Source of the DNA: Thermoplasmata archaeon
Lineage (GTDB): Archaea; Thermoplasmatota; Thermoplasmata; Lutacidiplasmatales; UBA184
Reading direction: 5' to 3'
Length of the DNA stretch: 49,970 nucleotides
Assembly: GCA_021798415.1 (NCBI GenBank)
Contig: JAJZGO010000004.1
Span: 1-49,970 of the forward strand
The first letter of the stretch is position 1. Every line of letters starts with the position of its first letter. Below are positions 36,141 through 45,610 of this stretch, in pieces. A program made the translations under genes and the position numbers. The notes beneath the pieces are model-generated. The model was not told the DNA's origin. It searched no databases and worked only from the letters and a program-made list of their open reading frames with translations.

Positions 36141-36896
36141 CTACGCGCGGTTGCTCTTACCCGTTCCGCCCGGAGCGGGAAGACGGGCGACGTACTTCTG
36201 GACCTCGTCGGAGGGCAGCCGGGTCATCCCGACCCCGCGTTCGACGGTGCAGACCTCGACCTGGGCCAGGTTCCCGCCCTCCTCGAGGCCCGCGCGCAGA
36301 CCCTCGAGGGCGAGGAGGATCGCGGCGTCCCGGTCGAGGCCGGGCCGGTACTTCTGCTCGAAGAGGTCCATCACGGGACCCTTGTTGCCGCCCGTGCTCG
36401 CCGCCTTGAAGCTGGTGAGCGAGCCCGACGGCTCGGTCTCGAAGAGGTGGACGCCGGTGTCGTCGTATCCGCCGACCAGGAGCGCGGTCCCGAACGGGCG
36501 GACCCCGCCGTACTGGGTGTACTGCTGCTTGTAATCGCAGATGCGGCGGACGAGGAGCTCGACCGACATCGGTTCGGCGTACGTGACGCGGTTGATCTGC
36601 GCCGAGAGCCGGGCGTAGTCGACCAGGACGCGGGCGTCGGCGACCAACCCCGCGGTCGCGCACGCGATGTTCTCGTCGATCTGGTGGACCTTCTCGAGAC
36701 TCGCCGGTTCGGCCAGCTTCGGGTTGGGGATCCGTCGGTCGGCGATCAGGACCACGCCGTCAGTAAAGACCACTCCCGCGGTCGTCGCGCCGCGCCGCAC
36801 CGCCTCGCGGGCGTATTCGACTTGGAAGAGTCGACCGTCGGGTGAGAAGACCGTGATCGCCCGGTCGTAGGCCATCTGGCCGGGTTGCATCTCCAT
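36141..36896 (-). CDS. psmA: proteasome alpha subunit
   Basis: YDRAITVFSPDGRLFQVEYAREAV, GLVADAR, YTQYGGVRPFG; alternative start 36890. Confidence 0.97.
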   Translation of the reverse strand: MEMQPGQMAYDRAITVFSPDGRLFQVEYAREAVRRGATTAGVVFTDGVVLIADRRIPNPKLAEPASLEKVHQIDENIACATAGLVADARVLVDYARLSAQINRVTYAEPMSVELLVRRICDYKQQYTQYGGVRPFGTALLVGGYDDTGVHLFETEPSGSLTSFKAASTGGNKGPVMDLFEQKYRPGLDRDAAILLALEGLRAGLEEGGNLAQVEVCTVERGVGMTRLPSDEVQKYVARLPAPGGTGKSNRA

Positions 36897-37047
36897 CGGG
36901 GGCGCCTCGGCTCGGGCACTGAGGTCCCCCATATAACGAGCGCGCGCGCAGTAACTCGTCCGACAGCCGGTTACGGCTCGTCCGGCCTCGCCGGGGCCTT
37001 TCCGCGTCGCGGACAAGGGTAAAGGCGCCCTGCCGCCGTTCCCCCCC

Positions 37048-39162
37048 GTGGCGTCGACCCACGGAACGTCGTCGCGCCCCGGAACGTCCCGCCTCGCGGG
37101 GGCCTCCTCCGCGTACCTGCGGGCCGCCGTCGGGCAGCCGATCGATTGGCATCCGTGGGGCGCCGAACCGTTCTCGCTCGCGAAGGAGACCGGCCGTCCT
37201 ATCCTTCTCGATATCGGGGCGTCGTGGTGCCACTGGTGCCACGTGATGGACGAGGGAACGTACGCCGACCCCGAGGTGGCGGCGCTGCTGAACCGGCACT
37301 TCGTCGCCGTCAAGGTCGATCGCGACGAGCATCCCGAGATCGACCGTCGCTACCAGCGCCAGGTCGGCGCCCTCACGGGCGAGGGCGGCTGGCCCCTCAC
37401 CGCATTCCTCACCCCGGACGGGGAGGTCTTCCTCGGTGGCACGTACTTCCCCCCCGAGGACGGGCACGGGCGGCCCGGTTTCCGCCGGGTGCTCCAGGAG
37501 GTCGCGCGCGTCTTCCGCGAAGAGCCCGCGCGCGTCCTCCAAAACGCTCGGGCGGTCCAGGGCGCGATCGTTCGGATGCGCGCCGCCCCGAGGGGCGAGC
37601 CCCGGGCGCTGGGGGAGTTCGTCGCCAGCGTCCGGGCGTCGCTCCTCTCCTCCTACGACCCCGTGAACGGCGGGTTCGGTACGGCCCCGAAGTTCCCGCA
37701 CCCGACGGCCGTCTCCTTCCTGCTCCTCGACAGCTTCGCCCGAGGCGCCGCCGCGAGCGCCGATCGGGCGCGCGACACGCTCGCTCGGATGGCCGACGGG
37801 GGTCTCTACGACCAGGTCGGCGGCGGATTCCACCGCTACTCGGTCGACGAGGGATGGCACGTCCCCCACTTCGAGAAGATGGGGGTCGACAATGCGGCGC
37901 TCCTTCTCGCGTACGTGGAAGGGGCCCAGCGGTTCCACGAGCCCCGGTTCGAGGAGGTCGTGCGGGGGACGGTCGGGTGGGTACGCGAGGTGCTCGCCGA
38001 CCCGCTCGGAGGGTTCGGGGCGAGCCAGGACGCCGACAACGCTCCGGGCGACGATGGGGGATACTTCACCTGGACCCGGGCCGAGGTCCGGTCGGCGCTC
38101 GAACCCGAGGACGCGAAGCTCGTCGTCCGCTACTTCGGGTTGGGAACCGAGGGCCGGATGCCTCACGATCCCGACCGCAACGTCCTCTTCCGGTCGCTGC
38201 CGTCGGCCGAAGCGGCCGAAGGGCTCGCGCTCGACGGAGGGCCGACCGCGGCGCTCGCTCGGGCGCTCGACGGCCTCCGGGCGGCCCGCGCCCGTCGGCC
38301 CACGCCCACCATCGACCGTGCCGTGTACGCGGACATCAACGGCCACTTCATTCGCGCGTTCGCGCGGGCGGGCGCTTTTCTCGGCGACGCATCGATCGTG
38401 GCCGACGCCCGCCGGGCCGCCGATCGACTGCTCGAGGCCGCCTACCGCCCCGGCGTGGGGGTGGCGCACCGACTCGGTGGTGACGGGCCGAGCGGTTTTG
38501 GTCTCCTCGAGGACCAGGTGGCGTTCGCGGCCGGGCTCACGGAGCTCGCGGGCACCCTGGGGGACCCCCGGTACGTCGCTCCCGCCACGGAGCTCCTCGC
38601 GCTCGTCGACCGCGAGTATCGAGGGGAGGACGGTCTCCTGCGCGACGTGGCTCCGAAGTTCTACGACGGTCCGACCGTCGCGGGGGTCGACCGGGCGTCG
38701 TACCCGCTCGAGGACAGTCCCCACCTCTCCGCGAACGCCGGAGCCGCGCTCGCGTTCCTTCGGATCGAGTCGCTCCTCCACGACGACTCCTGGCGCGCGA
38801 AGGCGGTCGCCCTGCTCGGGCCGATCTCCGCCCGCCTTGGGGAGGCGGGCCTCTTCGGGGCGGGGTCCGCCCTGGCGGCGGGCCTCCTCGACGTCGTGCC
38901 CGTCACCGTCGTCGTCGAAGGGAACGGCGCCGCCGCCCGGGACCTCGTGCGGGCCGCCCGGACGACCTGGCACCCGAACGTCTGGGTCTTTGACGGCCGT
39001 CCGCCCCCCCCGATCTCGCTTCCGGGCGAAATCGCCGAGCTGCCGGAGCGTACGGAGCCCCGCGCGCTCGTCTGCTTCGGCACCTCGTGCGCGCCGCCGG
39101 TCAGCGACCCCGGCGGGCTCGCGTTGCTCCTCGCGACGCGGGCGCCGACGCCGTCGGGATAG
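37048..39162 (+). CDS. YyaL/SSP411-like thioredoxin-domain protein with alpha/alpha barrel
   Basis: WHPWG, WCHWCHVM, KVDRDE.P, GGWPLT, APKFP, GGFHRYSVD..W.VPHFEKM. Confidence 0.92.
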   Translation: MASTHGTSSRPGTSRLAGASSAYLRAAVGQPIDWHPWGAEPFSLAKETGRPILLDIGASWCHWCHVMDEGTYADPEVAALLNRHFVAVKVDRDEHPEIDRRYQRQVGALTGEGGWPLTAFLTPDGEVFLGGTYFPPEDGHGRPGFRRVLQEVARVFREEPARVLQNARAVQGAIVRMRAAPRGEPRALGEFVASVRASLLSSYDPVNGGFGTAPKFPHPTAVSFLLLDSFARGAAASADRARDTLARMADGGLYDQVGGGFHRYSVDEGWHVPHFEKMGVDNAALLLAYVEGAQRFHEPRFEEVVRGTVGWVREVLADPLGGFGASQDADNAPGDDGGYFTWTRAEVRSALEPEDAKLVVRYFGLGTEGRMPHDPDRNVLFRSLPSAEAAEGLALDGGPTAALARALDGLRAARARRPTPTIDRAVYADINGHFIRAFARAGAFLGDASIVADARRAADRLLEAAYRPGVGVAHRLGGDGPSGFGLLEDQVAFAAGLTELAGTLGDPRYVAPATELLALVDREYRGEDGLLRDVAPKFYDGPTVAGVDRASYPLEDSPHLSANAGAALAFLRIESLLHDDSWRAKAVALLGPISARLGEAGLFGAGSALAAGLLDVVPVTVVVEGNGAAARDLVRAARTTWHPNVWVFDGRPPPPISLPGEIAELPERTEPRALVCFGTSCAPPVSDPGGLALLLATRAPTPSG

Positions 39163-39958
39163 GCAACGGACCCACGTCCGTCCCGTCGAGCAGATACGCC
39201 CGCGCGACCCCGCGGGAGAGGAACCGCCCGTAGAGGAACGAGCGACCGCGGGCCGGTCGATCGCGGTTGAGCGACTCGGTGCCGGCGAGCGGGTTGAACG
39301 CGGGGACCACCACGATCTCGCGGGCCCTCAACTCCGCATGCCGACGGCGCCGACGGGGCCGGGCGGGTTCCGGCTCTCGCTCGACGCGGACCCAACACCG
39401 CCGCTTCCCCTCCGGGTCCGCCGCGGTGGGGGCGAGCCGGAACCCCGGGTGGAGGTGACCGGCGACCAGTCGGTCCGCGCGCAACACGCGGTTCGACGGC
39501 CAGGCATGGCCGTGGAAGATCCCGACCCCGTCGCGCACGGTGCCTCCTGCGGGATAGACGTCCACCTCGCGGGGCAAGTGGGGGACGATCCCGACGTCGT
39601 GGTTGCCGAGGACGAGGCCGACCCGCACGTCCTCCGATAGGATCCGGGCGAAGAACCCGAAGACGACCGGACGAAGGGCGGGCGGCGTGCCGACGATCGG
39701 GTGCTTGGCATCGCCCGCGACGAGCACTCCCTCGGTCCCGGTGCGCTTGACGATCGCGATCAGCTGGTCGGCCAGGCGGTCCGCGGAGCCCTCGGGCGGT
39801 CCCCCCGGGCGTTCGAGGGTTCCCCCGAGGCCGAGGTGGACGTCCGCGACCACGAGCGTCCGCGGGGCGTCGCGCCGGTCGGGCTCGAGCAGGAGGGCCG
39901 GCGCGTCCGGCACCGGGGCGAGGCGGGTCGGCACGGACCCGGCTACGGGGCGACCCAC
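39101..39958 (-). CDS. calcineurin-like metallophosphoesterase (COG1407-like)
   Basis: ADVHLG, AGD.KH, GNHD, FHGH, GHLHPG, PAFNP; exact start uncertain. Confidence 0.88.
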   Translation of the reverse strand: MGRPVAGSVPTRLAPVPDAPALLLEPDRRDAPRTLVVADVHLGLGGTLERPGGPPEGSADRLADQLIAIVKRTGTEGVLVAGDAKHPIVGTPPALRPVVFGFFARILSEDVRVGLVLGNHDVGIVPHLPREVDVYPAGGTVRDGVGIFHGHAWPSNRVLRADRLVAGHLHPGFRLAPTAADPEGKRRCWVRVEREPEPARPRRRRRHAELRAREIVVVPAFNPLAGTESLNRDRPARGRSFLYGRFLSRGVARAYLLDGTDVGPLPIPTASAPASRGATRARRGR

Positions 39959-40018
39959 GAAGACCCTTCGCGTCCCGCGAGGACGTCCCGACCGTCTCGA
40001 CAGGTCCGGCCGTACCTC

Positions 40019-40026
40019 TTTATATA
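40019..40026. promoter_or_regulatory. TATA box between divergent phosphoesterase and regulator genes
   Basis: TTTATATA, the canonical archaeal TATA consensus. Confidence 0.65.
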
Positions 40027-40058
40027 CAAGCGGAAACTGAAATCCTACGGGGGCCGAG

Positions 40059-41036
40059 ATGCCACGAGACCGCGAACGGTCAATCGGCCGGATCCGCTCG
40101 TTCCTCGAACGGGCCGGCTTCTACGTGGCGGACACGCACGGGATCCGCCCGTCGAGTTTCGACCTGGCCGCGCGACGGGACGCGACGCTGCTCCTGGTCA
40201 AGGTCCTCAAGAACATCGACGCGCTCGACGCCGGCGAAGCCGGTCGGCTGCGCGAGCTGGGGCGCCTCTTTCCCGCGATCGTTCTCGTGATCGGGCAGAC
40301 GTCGGGCGCGTCGGACCTCGACCCGGGCGTCGTCTACACCCGGTACGACGTACCGATCATCAACGAGGAGACCCTCGCCGGATTCCTCGAGAAGGCCGCG
40401 CTGCCGTTCCTGTACGCGAGCCCGGGCGGGATCTTCGCCCGGATCGACGGCGAGCGCCTCCACGACCTGCGCGTGCGCCGAGGGCTGTCGCTCGGAACGC
40501 TCGCGTCGATCGCCGGAGTCTCGCGGCGGGCGATCCAGCTCTACGAGGATGGCGCCGGCGCCGAAGTGACTGTTATTGACCGTATAGAAGCATATCTTGG
40601 AGTCCCGGTCATCGAGCCGATCGACCTCTTCGAGGCGATGCGGACGGGGTCCCGACGCCCGGCGGCCGACGAGGGCGACCGCGGTCCCGAGCGCGCGATC
40701 CCACCGTCCGGGGACCCCTGGCGCGACGGCGTTCTCCAGCAGCTCGACGGGATCGGGCTCGAGATGACCTTGACCGCGCGCGCGCCGTTCGATGCCCTCG
40801 CCCGGACCCCCGACATCCTGCTCGCGGCCATCGGGAGCCTCCGGACCGCGCTCCACCGCGCGGAGCTCCTTCACGGCCTCGCCCGCGTCGCGGAGGGCCA
40901 CGCGATGTTCGTCGTGCGCGAGAACGTTCACCGTGCGTCGATCGACGGCCTGCCGATCCTCACGATCGGCGAGCTTCGCCGCCACCGGGACGCCGACGAC
41001 CTGATCGACGCGATCTCCGAGCGGGAAGGCGCGTGA
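40059..41036 (+). CDS. archaeal Cro/C1-HTH transcriptional regulator (COG1395-like)
   Basis: SFDLAARR..LLLVKVL.NID, SPGG.F..IDGE.L..LR...GLSLG.LA..AGVSRR.IQLYE.G, APFDAL. Confidence 0.88.
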   Translation: MPRDRERSIGRIRSFLERAGFYVADTHGIRPSSFDLAARRDATLLLVKVLKNIDALDAGEAGRLRELGRLFPAIVLVIGQTSGASDLDPGVVYTRYDVPIINEETLAGFLEKAALPFLYASPGGIFARIDGERLHDLRVRRGLSLGTLASIAGVSRRAIQLYEDGAGAEVTVIDRIEAYLGVPVIEPIDLFEAMRTGSRRPAADEGDRGPERAIPPSGDPWRDGVLQQLDGIGLEMTLTARAPFDALARTPDILLAAIGSLRTALHRAELLHGLARVAEGHAMFVVRENVHRASIDGLPILTIGELRRHRDADDLIDAISEREGA

Positions 41037-41686
41037 TCTCCGCGCGCGTGGGCCCCGGCGGCTCGACGCTCCTGGTCGCGCCGGTGCGGGGGCTCACGTC
41101 CGAGGCGGCCCTCCTCGCACAGGCGCTCGACGCCTTCCGGCCCGATACGGTCGGCCTCGGGACTTCGGCCGAGGAGTTCGAGGGGCTCGACACGTACTTC
41201 GTCCGGTCCGGCGCGGAGCCGATCGTGCCGCTCTCGCCGGCCGAATCGAGCGAGGTTCGGGGGCTCGTGCGGTTCGGCGAAGTGAGCGTTCCCAACCCCT
41301 CGTTCGTCCGGGCGATCGATTGGGCGCAGGGCCAGGGGATCCGGGTCGAGCCCCTCGACCCGAGCGACGACCGCTCGGCGTCCCTCTTCGCCGAGCACAT
41401 CGGCTACCTCGAGCTCGTCCGTCGCACCGTGCGCGAGCGCGGCGTGGGGCGACGTCCGCCCGCGCCGTCGACGCCGGACCAGTTCGCCCTCGAGTGGGAC
41501 CGCGAGGTCTCGGGGGGCCGTGGGTCGAGGGCGTTCGCCCGAGCTCGCGACCGGCACCTCGTCCGGGAAGCGCGTCGCTTGGTGTCGGACGGGGGCCGGG
41601 TGGCGGTCGTCGTCGACCGCGAACGGTTCGACGAGGTCCGGGAGCTCTTCGACCGCGAGCCGCCGTCGACGACCGAGAGCGACTGA
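41033..41686 (+). CDS. hypothetical protein, possible degenerate TraB-like fold
   Basis: GTGA overlap with the regulator stop; coding-like; C-terminal RDRHL...GGRVAVVV. Confidence 0.72.
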   Translation: MISARVGPGGSTLLVAPVRGLTSEAALLAQALDAFRPDTVGLGTSAEEFEGLDTYFVRSGAEPIVPLSPAESSEVRGLVRFGEVSVPNPSFVRAIDWAQGQGIRVEPLDPSDDRSASLFAEHIGYLELVRRTVRERGVGRRPPAPSTPDQFALEWDREVSGGRGSRAFARARDRHLVREARRLVSDGGRVAVVVDRERFDEVRELFDREPPSTTESD

Positions 41687-41690
41687 GCGC

Positions 41691-42233
41691 TCAGTCGTCG
41701 CGCGCGAGCGCCTTCTCGAGGGCGGCGCGCGCGTCCCGCCGGAACTGGTCGAGCGGCCCCTCGTTCACGAGCATCGCGTCGGCGAGCGTGAACGCGTTGC
41801 CGATCCCCCACTTGAGCTCCCGGCGGTCGCGCTCGTAGAACTCCTCGAGGCCCGCGCCGTCGTCGCTGCGGCCGCGCGACGTCATGCGGGCGTGGCGCGT
41901 CTCGGGCGAAGTGAAGATCGCGAGGACGAAGAGGTCGCCGAAGTGGTGGCGGAAGACGGTGATCTCGCTGTCCGACCGGCACCCGTCCACGAGCATCCGG
42001 GTCTCGGTGAGCTTCGGGAGCGCGCGCTGCGCCCATACGGCGGGGCCGTGCTTCTCGCGCTCCTCGGAAGCGATCCGCGCGACGTTCGCGTTCGTGACCG
42101 GGAGACCGCGACGCCGGGTCTCGTCGCGGACGAGGTCCCCCATCTTGAGGGTCGCGAGCCCCATCGACTGGGCGATCCCGACGAGCTCGTCCTTGCCCGA
42201 ACCGGGCATCCCGACCGTGACGATGAGTTTCAT
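41691..42233 (-). CDS. UPF0200 / dephospho-CoA-kinase-like P-loop kinase
   Basis: VGMPGSGK, MGDLVR.E, VDG.RS..E, RGRSDD, RD.REL.WGIG. Confidence 0.88.
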   Translation of the reverse strand: MKLIVTVGMPGSGKDELVGIAQSMGLATLKMGDLVRDETRRRGLPVTNANVARIASEEREKHGPAVWAQRALPKLTETRMLVDGCRSDSEITVFRHHFGDLFVLAIFTSPETRHARMTSRGRSDDGAGLEEFYERDRRELKWGIGNAFTLADAMLVNEGPLDQFRRDARAALEKALARDD

Positions 42234-42859
42234 AGCGTGCGGGGTGGCTCGTCGGGTTCGGCGCTCTTCGCCGACGGCGCGGTCGTTTCGAGGTGGGCGG
42301 AGACGTCCTGCTCGGTGACCATCTGCAGGCGGTCGGCACGCTGGCGGTAGGAGGCGGCCTCCTGCTCCTCGAGGCGCGCGGTCTCGACGTACCGTCCGAC
42401 CTTGACCTTGAGCTCGGCCGTCTTCTGCGTCTTGGTCGCGGCCCTCAGCTCGTACGCCCGGGCCTTCTGCTGGCGGTCGACGATCTTCTGCTGGAGCTTG
42501 CGCACGCGGTAGTGGAGGTTCGTGACGTCCGACCCGATCGGCGCCCCGCCCCGGCGGCTGGTCGCCCCCTCGATGTCGCGCTCGTGCTGACGCATCTGCT
42601 GCTCGATGTCGGGGATCTCGCCGAGCACCTTCTGGCCCTTCTCCCGAAGGACCGTCGCCTGGTGCCTCAGCTTCTCGATCTTCGTGTTCAGGCGAGAGGC
42701 GCGCTGCTGCGCCCGGGCGCCGGCCCGGTCGTGCTTCGCCGCGATCTCCCGTAGCTTGGTGATGTCGGCGTACTGCTGGCCGATCCACCGGGACTGCCGG
42801 GCCGCGAGCGGGCTCGGTGGCTCGAGCGGCTCGGGAGGAGTGCCTCCGCCGGTCGCCAT
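42230..42859 (-). CDS. coiled-coil hypothetical protein (209 aa)
   Basis: Two long Q/K/R/E-rich helices around a GGAPIGS turn; TTTAA 30 nt upstream; 4-nt overlap with the next gene. Confidence 0.78.
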   Translation of the reverse strand: MATGGGTPPEPLEPPSPLAARQSRWIGQQYADITKLREIAAKHDRAGARAQQRASRLNTKIEKLRHQATVLREKGQKVLGEIPDIEQQMRQHERDIEGATSRRGGAPIGSDVTNLHYRVRKLQQKIVDRQQKARAYELRAATKTQKTAELKVKVGRYVETARLEEQEAASYRQRADRLQMVTEQDVSAHLETTAPSAKSAEPDEPPRTL

Positions 42860-42918
42860 CGGAGGGGCCTCACCCGACCACGAGTTAAAGAGATTGTCGT
42901 GCGCGGGCCGGCTCCGCG

Positions 42919-44424
42919 CTAGAGCCGGGCGGGCCGAACCAGCGCGTCCGCGGACCGAAGTCGATCGACGAGCGCCGCGCGCCCGACACGGCTCTGCTGC
43001 CGGGAATCCCGATCGCGCAGCGTCACGGTGTCGTGGTTCGGGCCCTCGGCGACAGTCTCGCCGTCGACCGTGACACAGAACGGCGTCCCGGCCTCGTCCA
43101 TGCGGGCGTAGCGTTTCCCGATGGTGCCGGCGTCGTCGTACCGGACCGAGATTCCGGCGGCCGTGAGCTCGTCGGCGACGCGGAGCGCCGCCTCGGCGTG
43201 AGCCTTGGGGATCAGCGGGAAGACTCCGACCGTCACCGGCGCGAGGTAGGCGGGAAGCTTCCAGACCGTACGTTCCCCCTCGTTCGCGAGATGGGTGTCC
43301 GCGAGCGCCCAGAGGTTGCGGTCGACGCCGAACGTGAGCTCGAGGACGTGCGGCAGGACCTTGCGTCCGTCCGGCCGGGTCACCGAGAGGTCCTTCCCCG
43401 ACCCCTCCCCGTGCCGACCGAGGTCGTAGTCCCCGCGGTAGTGGACCGCGCCGAGCTCCTTGAAGCCCGAGAGGCTCTCGAGGTGGACCTCGACATCGAA
43501 CTGGATGCGGTTGTAGAACGCGCGCTCCCGCTCGGATTTTTCGAAGAGGCGGATCCGGTCCGCCGGGTAGCCGAGAACGTCGCGGTAGAACCGGTAGGTG
43601 TGCGCCAGGTGGAAGACGTAGAACTCGGGGAGGTCCCCCGCGGCCACGAGGTCGGCGGCCGAGACCCACTCCGGGCTCTCCGCGCCGGACTCCCTCCGGG
43701 CGGCCCGCAGGACGGGCAGTCGTTCGTCGCGCACCCGGTCGAACGGCACCGGAAAGCCGGCCGGGTCGAAGAAGATCTGGAGCTCCGCCTGCGTGAACGC
43801 CCGCATCCGGAACAGGACCTGGCGCGGGGCGATCTCGTTGCGGTAGACCCAGCCGATGACCGCGACGCCGAGCGGCAGGGCGCGGCGACCGACGTCCCAC
43901 ATCCGCGCGAACGCGAGGTAGCTGTTCTGGGCGGTCTCGGGGCGGAGGTACGCCCGTTCCGTGCCGGCGACGCCGAAGTCGACGCCGAACATGAGGCTGA
44001 ACGGTCGCGGGACGCTGAGCGCGGTGGAGCCGCATCGCGGGCACGTGACCCCACGGTCGCGGACCAACGCCCCGATCTCGGCAGGTGCGAGGCCGTCGAC
44101 GCCCTCGGGCCGGACCTTCTCGAGGACGGTGTCCGCGCGGAACGAGGTGCGGCACTGGTCGCACACCACTTCGGGGTCGGTGAAGTTCTCGAGGTGGCCC
44201 GAAGCGCGGACGACCGCCTCGGGGAGGAGCTCGGCCGGGTCGATGAGGTAGAAGTCGTGGGAGAGCCCGACGAACCACGCGGTCCACGCCCGCTCCAGCC
44301 GCTGCTTGAGCGCCGCCCCGAGGGGACCGTAATCGTAGAGCCCCTGGGCGCCTCCGTAGATCTCCGCCGTCGGCCAGAGCACGCCGCGGCGACGCAACAA
44401 CGCGTACAGCTCGTCGCTCTTCAT
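42919..44424 (-). CDS. glyS: glycine--tRNA ligase (alpha2 type)
   Basis: EIYGG..G.YDYGPLG, SGH..NFTDP, YLRPETAQ, YRNEI.PR, R.DYDL..H, IGKRYAR.DEAGTPFCVTVD. Confidence 0.94.
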   Translation of the reverse strand: MKSDELYALLRRRGVLWPTAEIYGGAQGLYDYGPLGAALKQRLERAWTAWFVGLSHDFYLIDPAELLPEAVVRASGHLENFTDPEVVCDQCRTSFRADTVLEKVRPEGVDGLAPAEIGALVRDRGVTCPRCGSTALSVPRPFSLMFGVDFGVAGTERAYLRPETAQNSYLAFARMWDVGRRALPLGVAVIGWVYRNEIAPRQVLFRMRAFTQAELQIFFDPAGFPVPFDRVRDERLPVLRAARRESGAESPEWVSAADLVAAGDLPEFYVFHLAHTYRFYRDVLGYPADRIRLFEKSERERAFYNRIQFDVEVHLESLSGFKELGAVHYRGDYDLGRHGEGSGKDLSVTRPDGRKVLPHVLELTFGVDRNLWALADTHLANEGERTVWKLPAYLAPVTVGVFPLIPKAHAEAALRVADELTAAGISVRYDDAGTIGKRYARMDEAGTPFCVTVDGETVAEGPNHDTVTLRDRDSRQQSRVGRAALVDRLRSADALVRPARL

Positions 44425-45536
44425 CGTCCCGTGCGCGTCCGAGGGCTCACCGGCTCGCCCCGGACCATAAGGTGTTCGGTCGTGCGCGTGACGACCTGGT
44501 ACGCCGGGTCGTCCGGGGGGAGCCGGAGCACGAGCGGACGCGCCGACGAGCCCGGGGCGATGCGCGCCGCCGCGGGTTCGCCGAGCCATCGCCAGGGCTC
44601 GACGAGCGCCGCCCGAGCGAGGAACGCGGCCGAGACGGGCCGCCGGCGCAGGCGCGTCGCGACGTACGCGAACTCGAGCTCACGCCAGAGCGACGGGGCG
44701 TGGAACATCGCGTTGTCCGTCCCGAGGAGCACCGAGAGACCGAGCCGCTCCATCCCCGCGAGGTCCGGCTGACGGCCGAAGAGGGCGTTCGACCGGGGAC
44801 AGACGACGACCGGCACGCGCGCGTCGCGGACCCGCACGAGGTCGTCCCGGGTCGCCCGCGCGAGGTGGACGACCAGGTCGGGCCGCGGGTTGAGGTAGCT
44901 CTCGGGGTCTTCGCGGACCGCCTCGCTCGCGTGGAGCGCGTAGAACTTCCCGGCGCGACGGCACGCCGCGGCGACCCGTCGGCGGTCGGCGTCGGACTCG
45001 TCGCGAGCGCTCGAGAGCCCGATGCCGTCGGCCGCGCCCAGGAGGTCGGCGAGCTCCCGGGGGTCGACCGGACGCGCGACCGGCCGCCCGAGCGAGAGCG
45101 CGCGGATCGGAACCCCGCGGGCGGCGTCCCGCAAGAGCTCGACACCCCCACGGCCCTCTTCGCGGAAATCGACCGTCGCCGCGACCCCCTCGTGGACCAT
45201 CCGTTCGAGGGCGGCGCGGATCGCGGCGACCTTCTCCGCGCGCGAGGCGCGCTCGAGCAAACGGAACTTGTAGCCGTCGGGCGGGCGTACGAGCGTCGCG
45301 ACCGACCCGTGGGGGGGCTCGACGGACGAGACCGCGTCCCCGAGATGCGTGTGCGCGTTCACCGGGGAAGGGACGACGATCCCCCGGACCCGGGTCTCGC
45401 GTCCCCGGGTGCTGTCGGTTCCGGGGGTCCCGACCTCGACCACCCGGCCCCCGCGCAGGCGGACGTACGCGGGTCGGGCGCCGTCGATATCAAGGACCGC
45501 CCCTTCGACCAGCATGGCCGCTCGCGTCCGAGGCAT
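44421..45536 (-). CDS. amidohydrolase family protein (deaminase-like)
   Basis: NAHTHLGD, DFRE.G, HASE, VHL, CPRSN, LGTDN. Confidence 0.88.
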   Translation of the reverse strand: MPRTRAAMLVEGAVLDIDGARPAYVRLRGGRVVEVGTPGTDSTRGRETRVRGIVVPSPVNAHTHLGDAVSSVEPPHGSVATLVRPPDGYKFRLLERASRAEKVAAIRAALERMVHEGVAATVDFREEGRGGVELLRDAARGVPIRALSLGRPVARPVDPRELADLLGAADGIGLSSARDESDADRRRVAAACRRAGKFYALHASEAVREDPESYLNPRPDLVVHLARATRDDLVRVRDARVPVVVCPRSNALFGRQPDLAGMERLGLSVLLGTDNAMFHAPSLWRELEFAYVATRLRRRPVSAAFLARAALVEPWRWLGEPAAARIAPGSSARPLVLRLPPDDPAYQVVTRTTEHLMVRGEPVSPRTRTGR

Positions 45537-45610
45537 CGCCCCCCTTAAGGCCGAGCCTGACCCCGTCCCGAACCGCTAAGCGGCCCGGCGACTCGGGGGC
45601 TTCGTACCCG

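Noticed and set aside
40563-40601. Xer dif site or bacterial sigma70 promoter in the AT-rich patch
   Set aside because: No ATAA-N6-TTAT inverted arms; TTGACC and TATCTT are only 11 nt apart, not about 17
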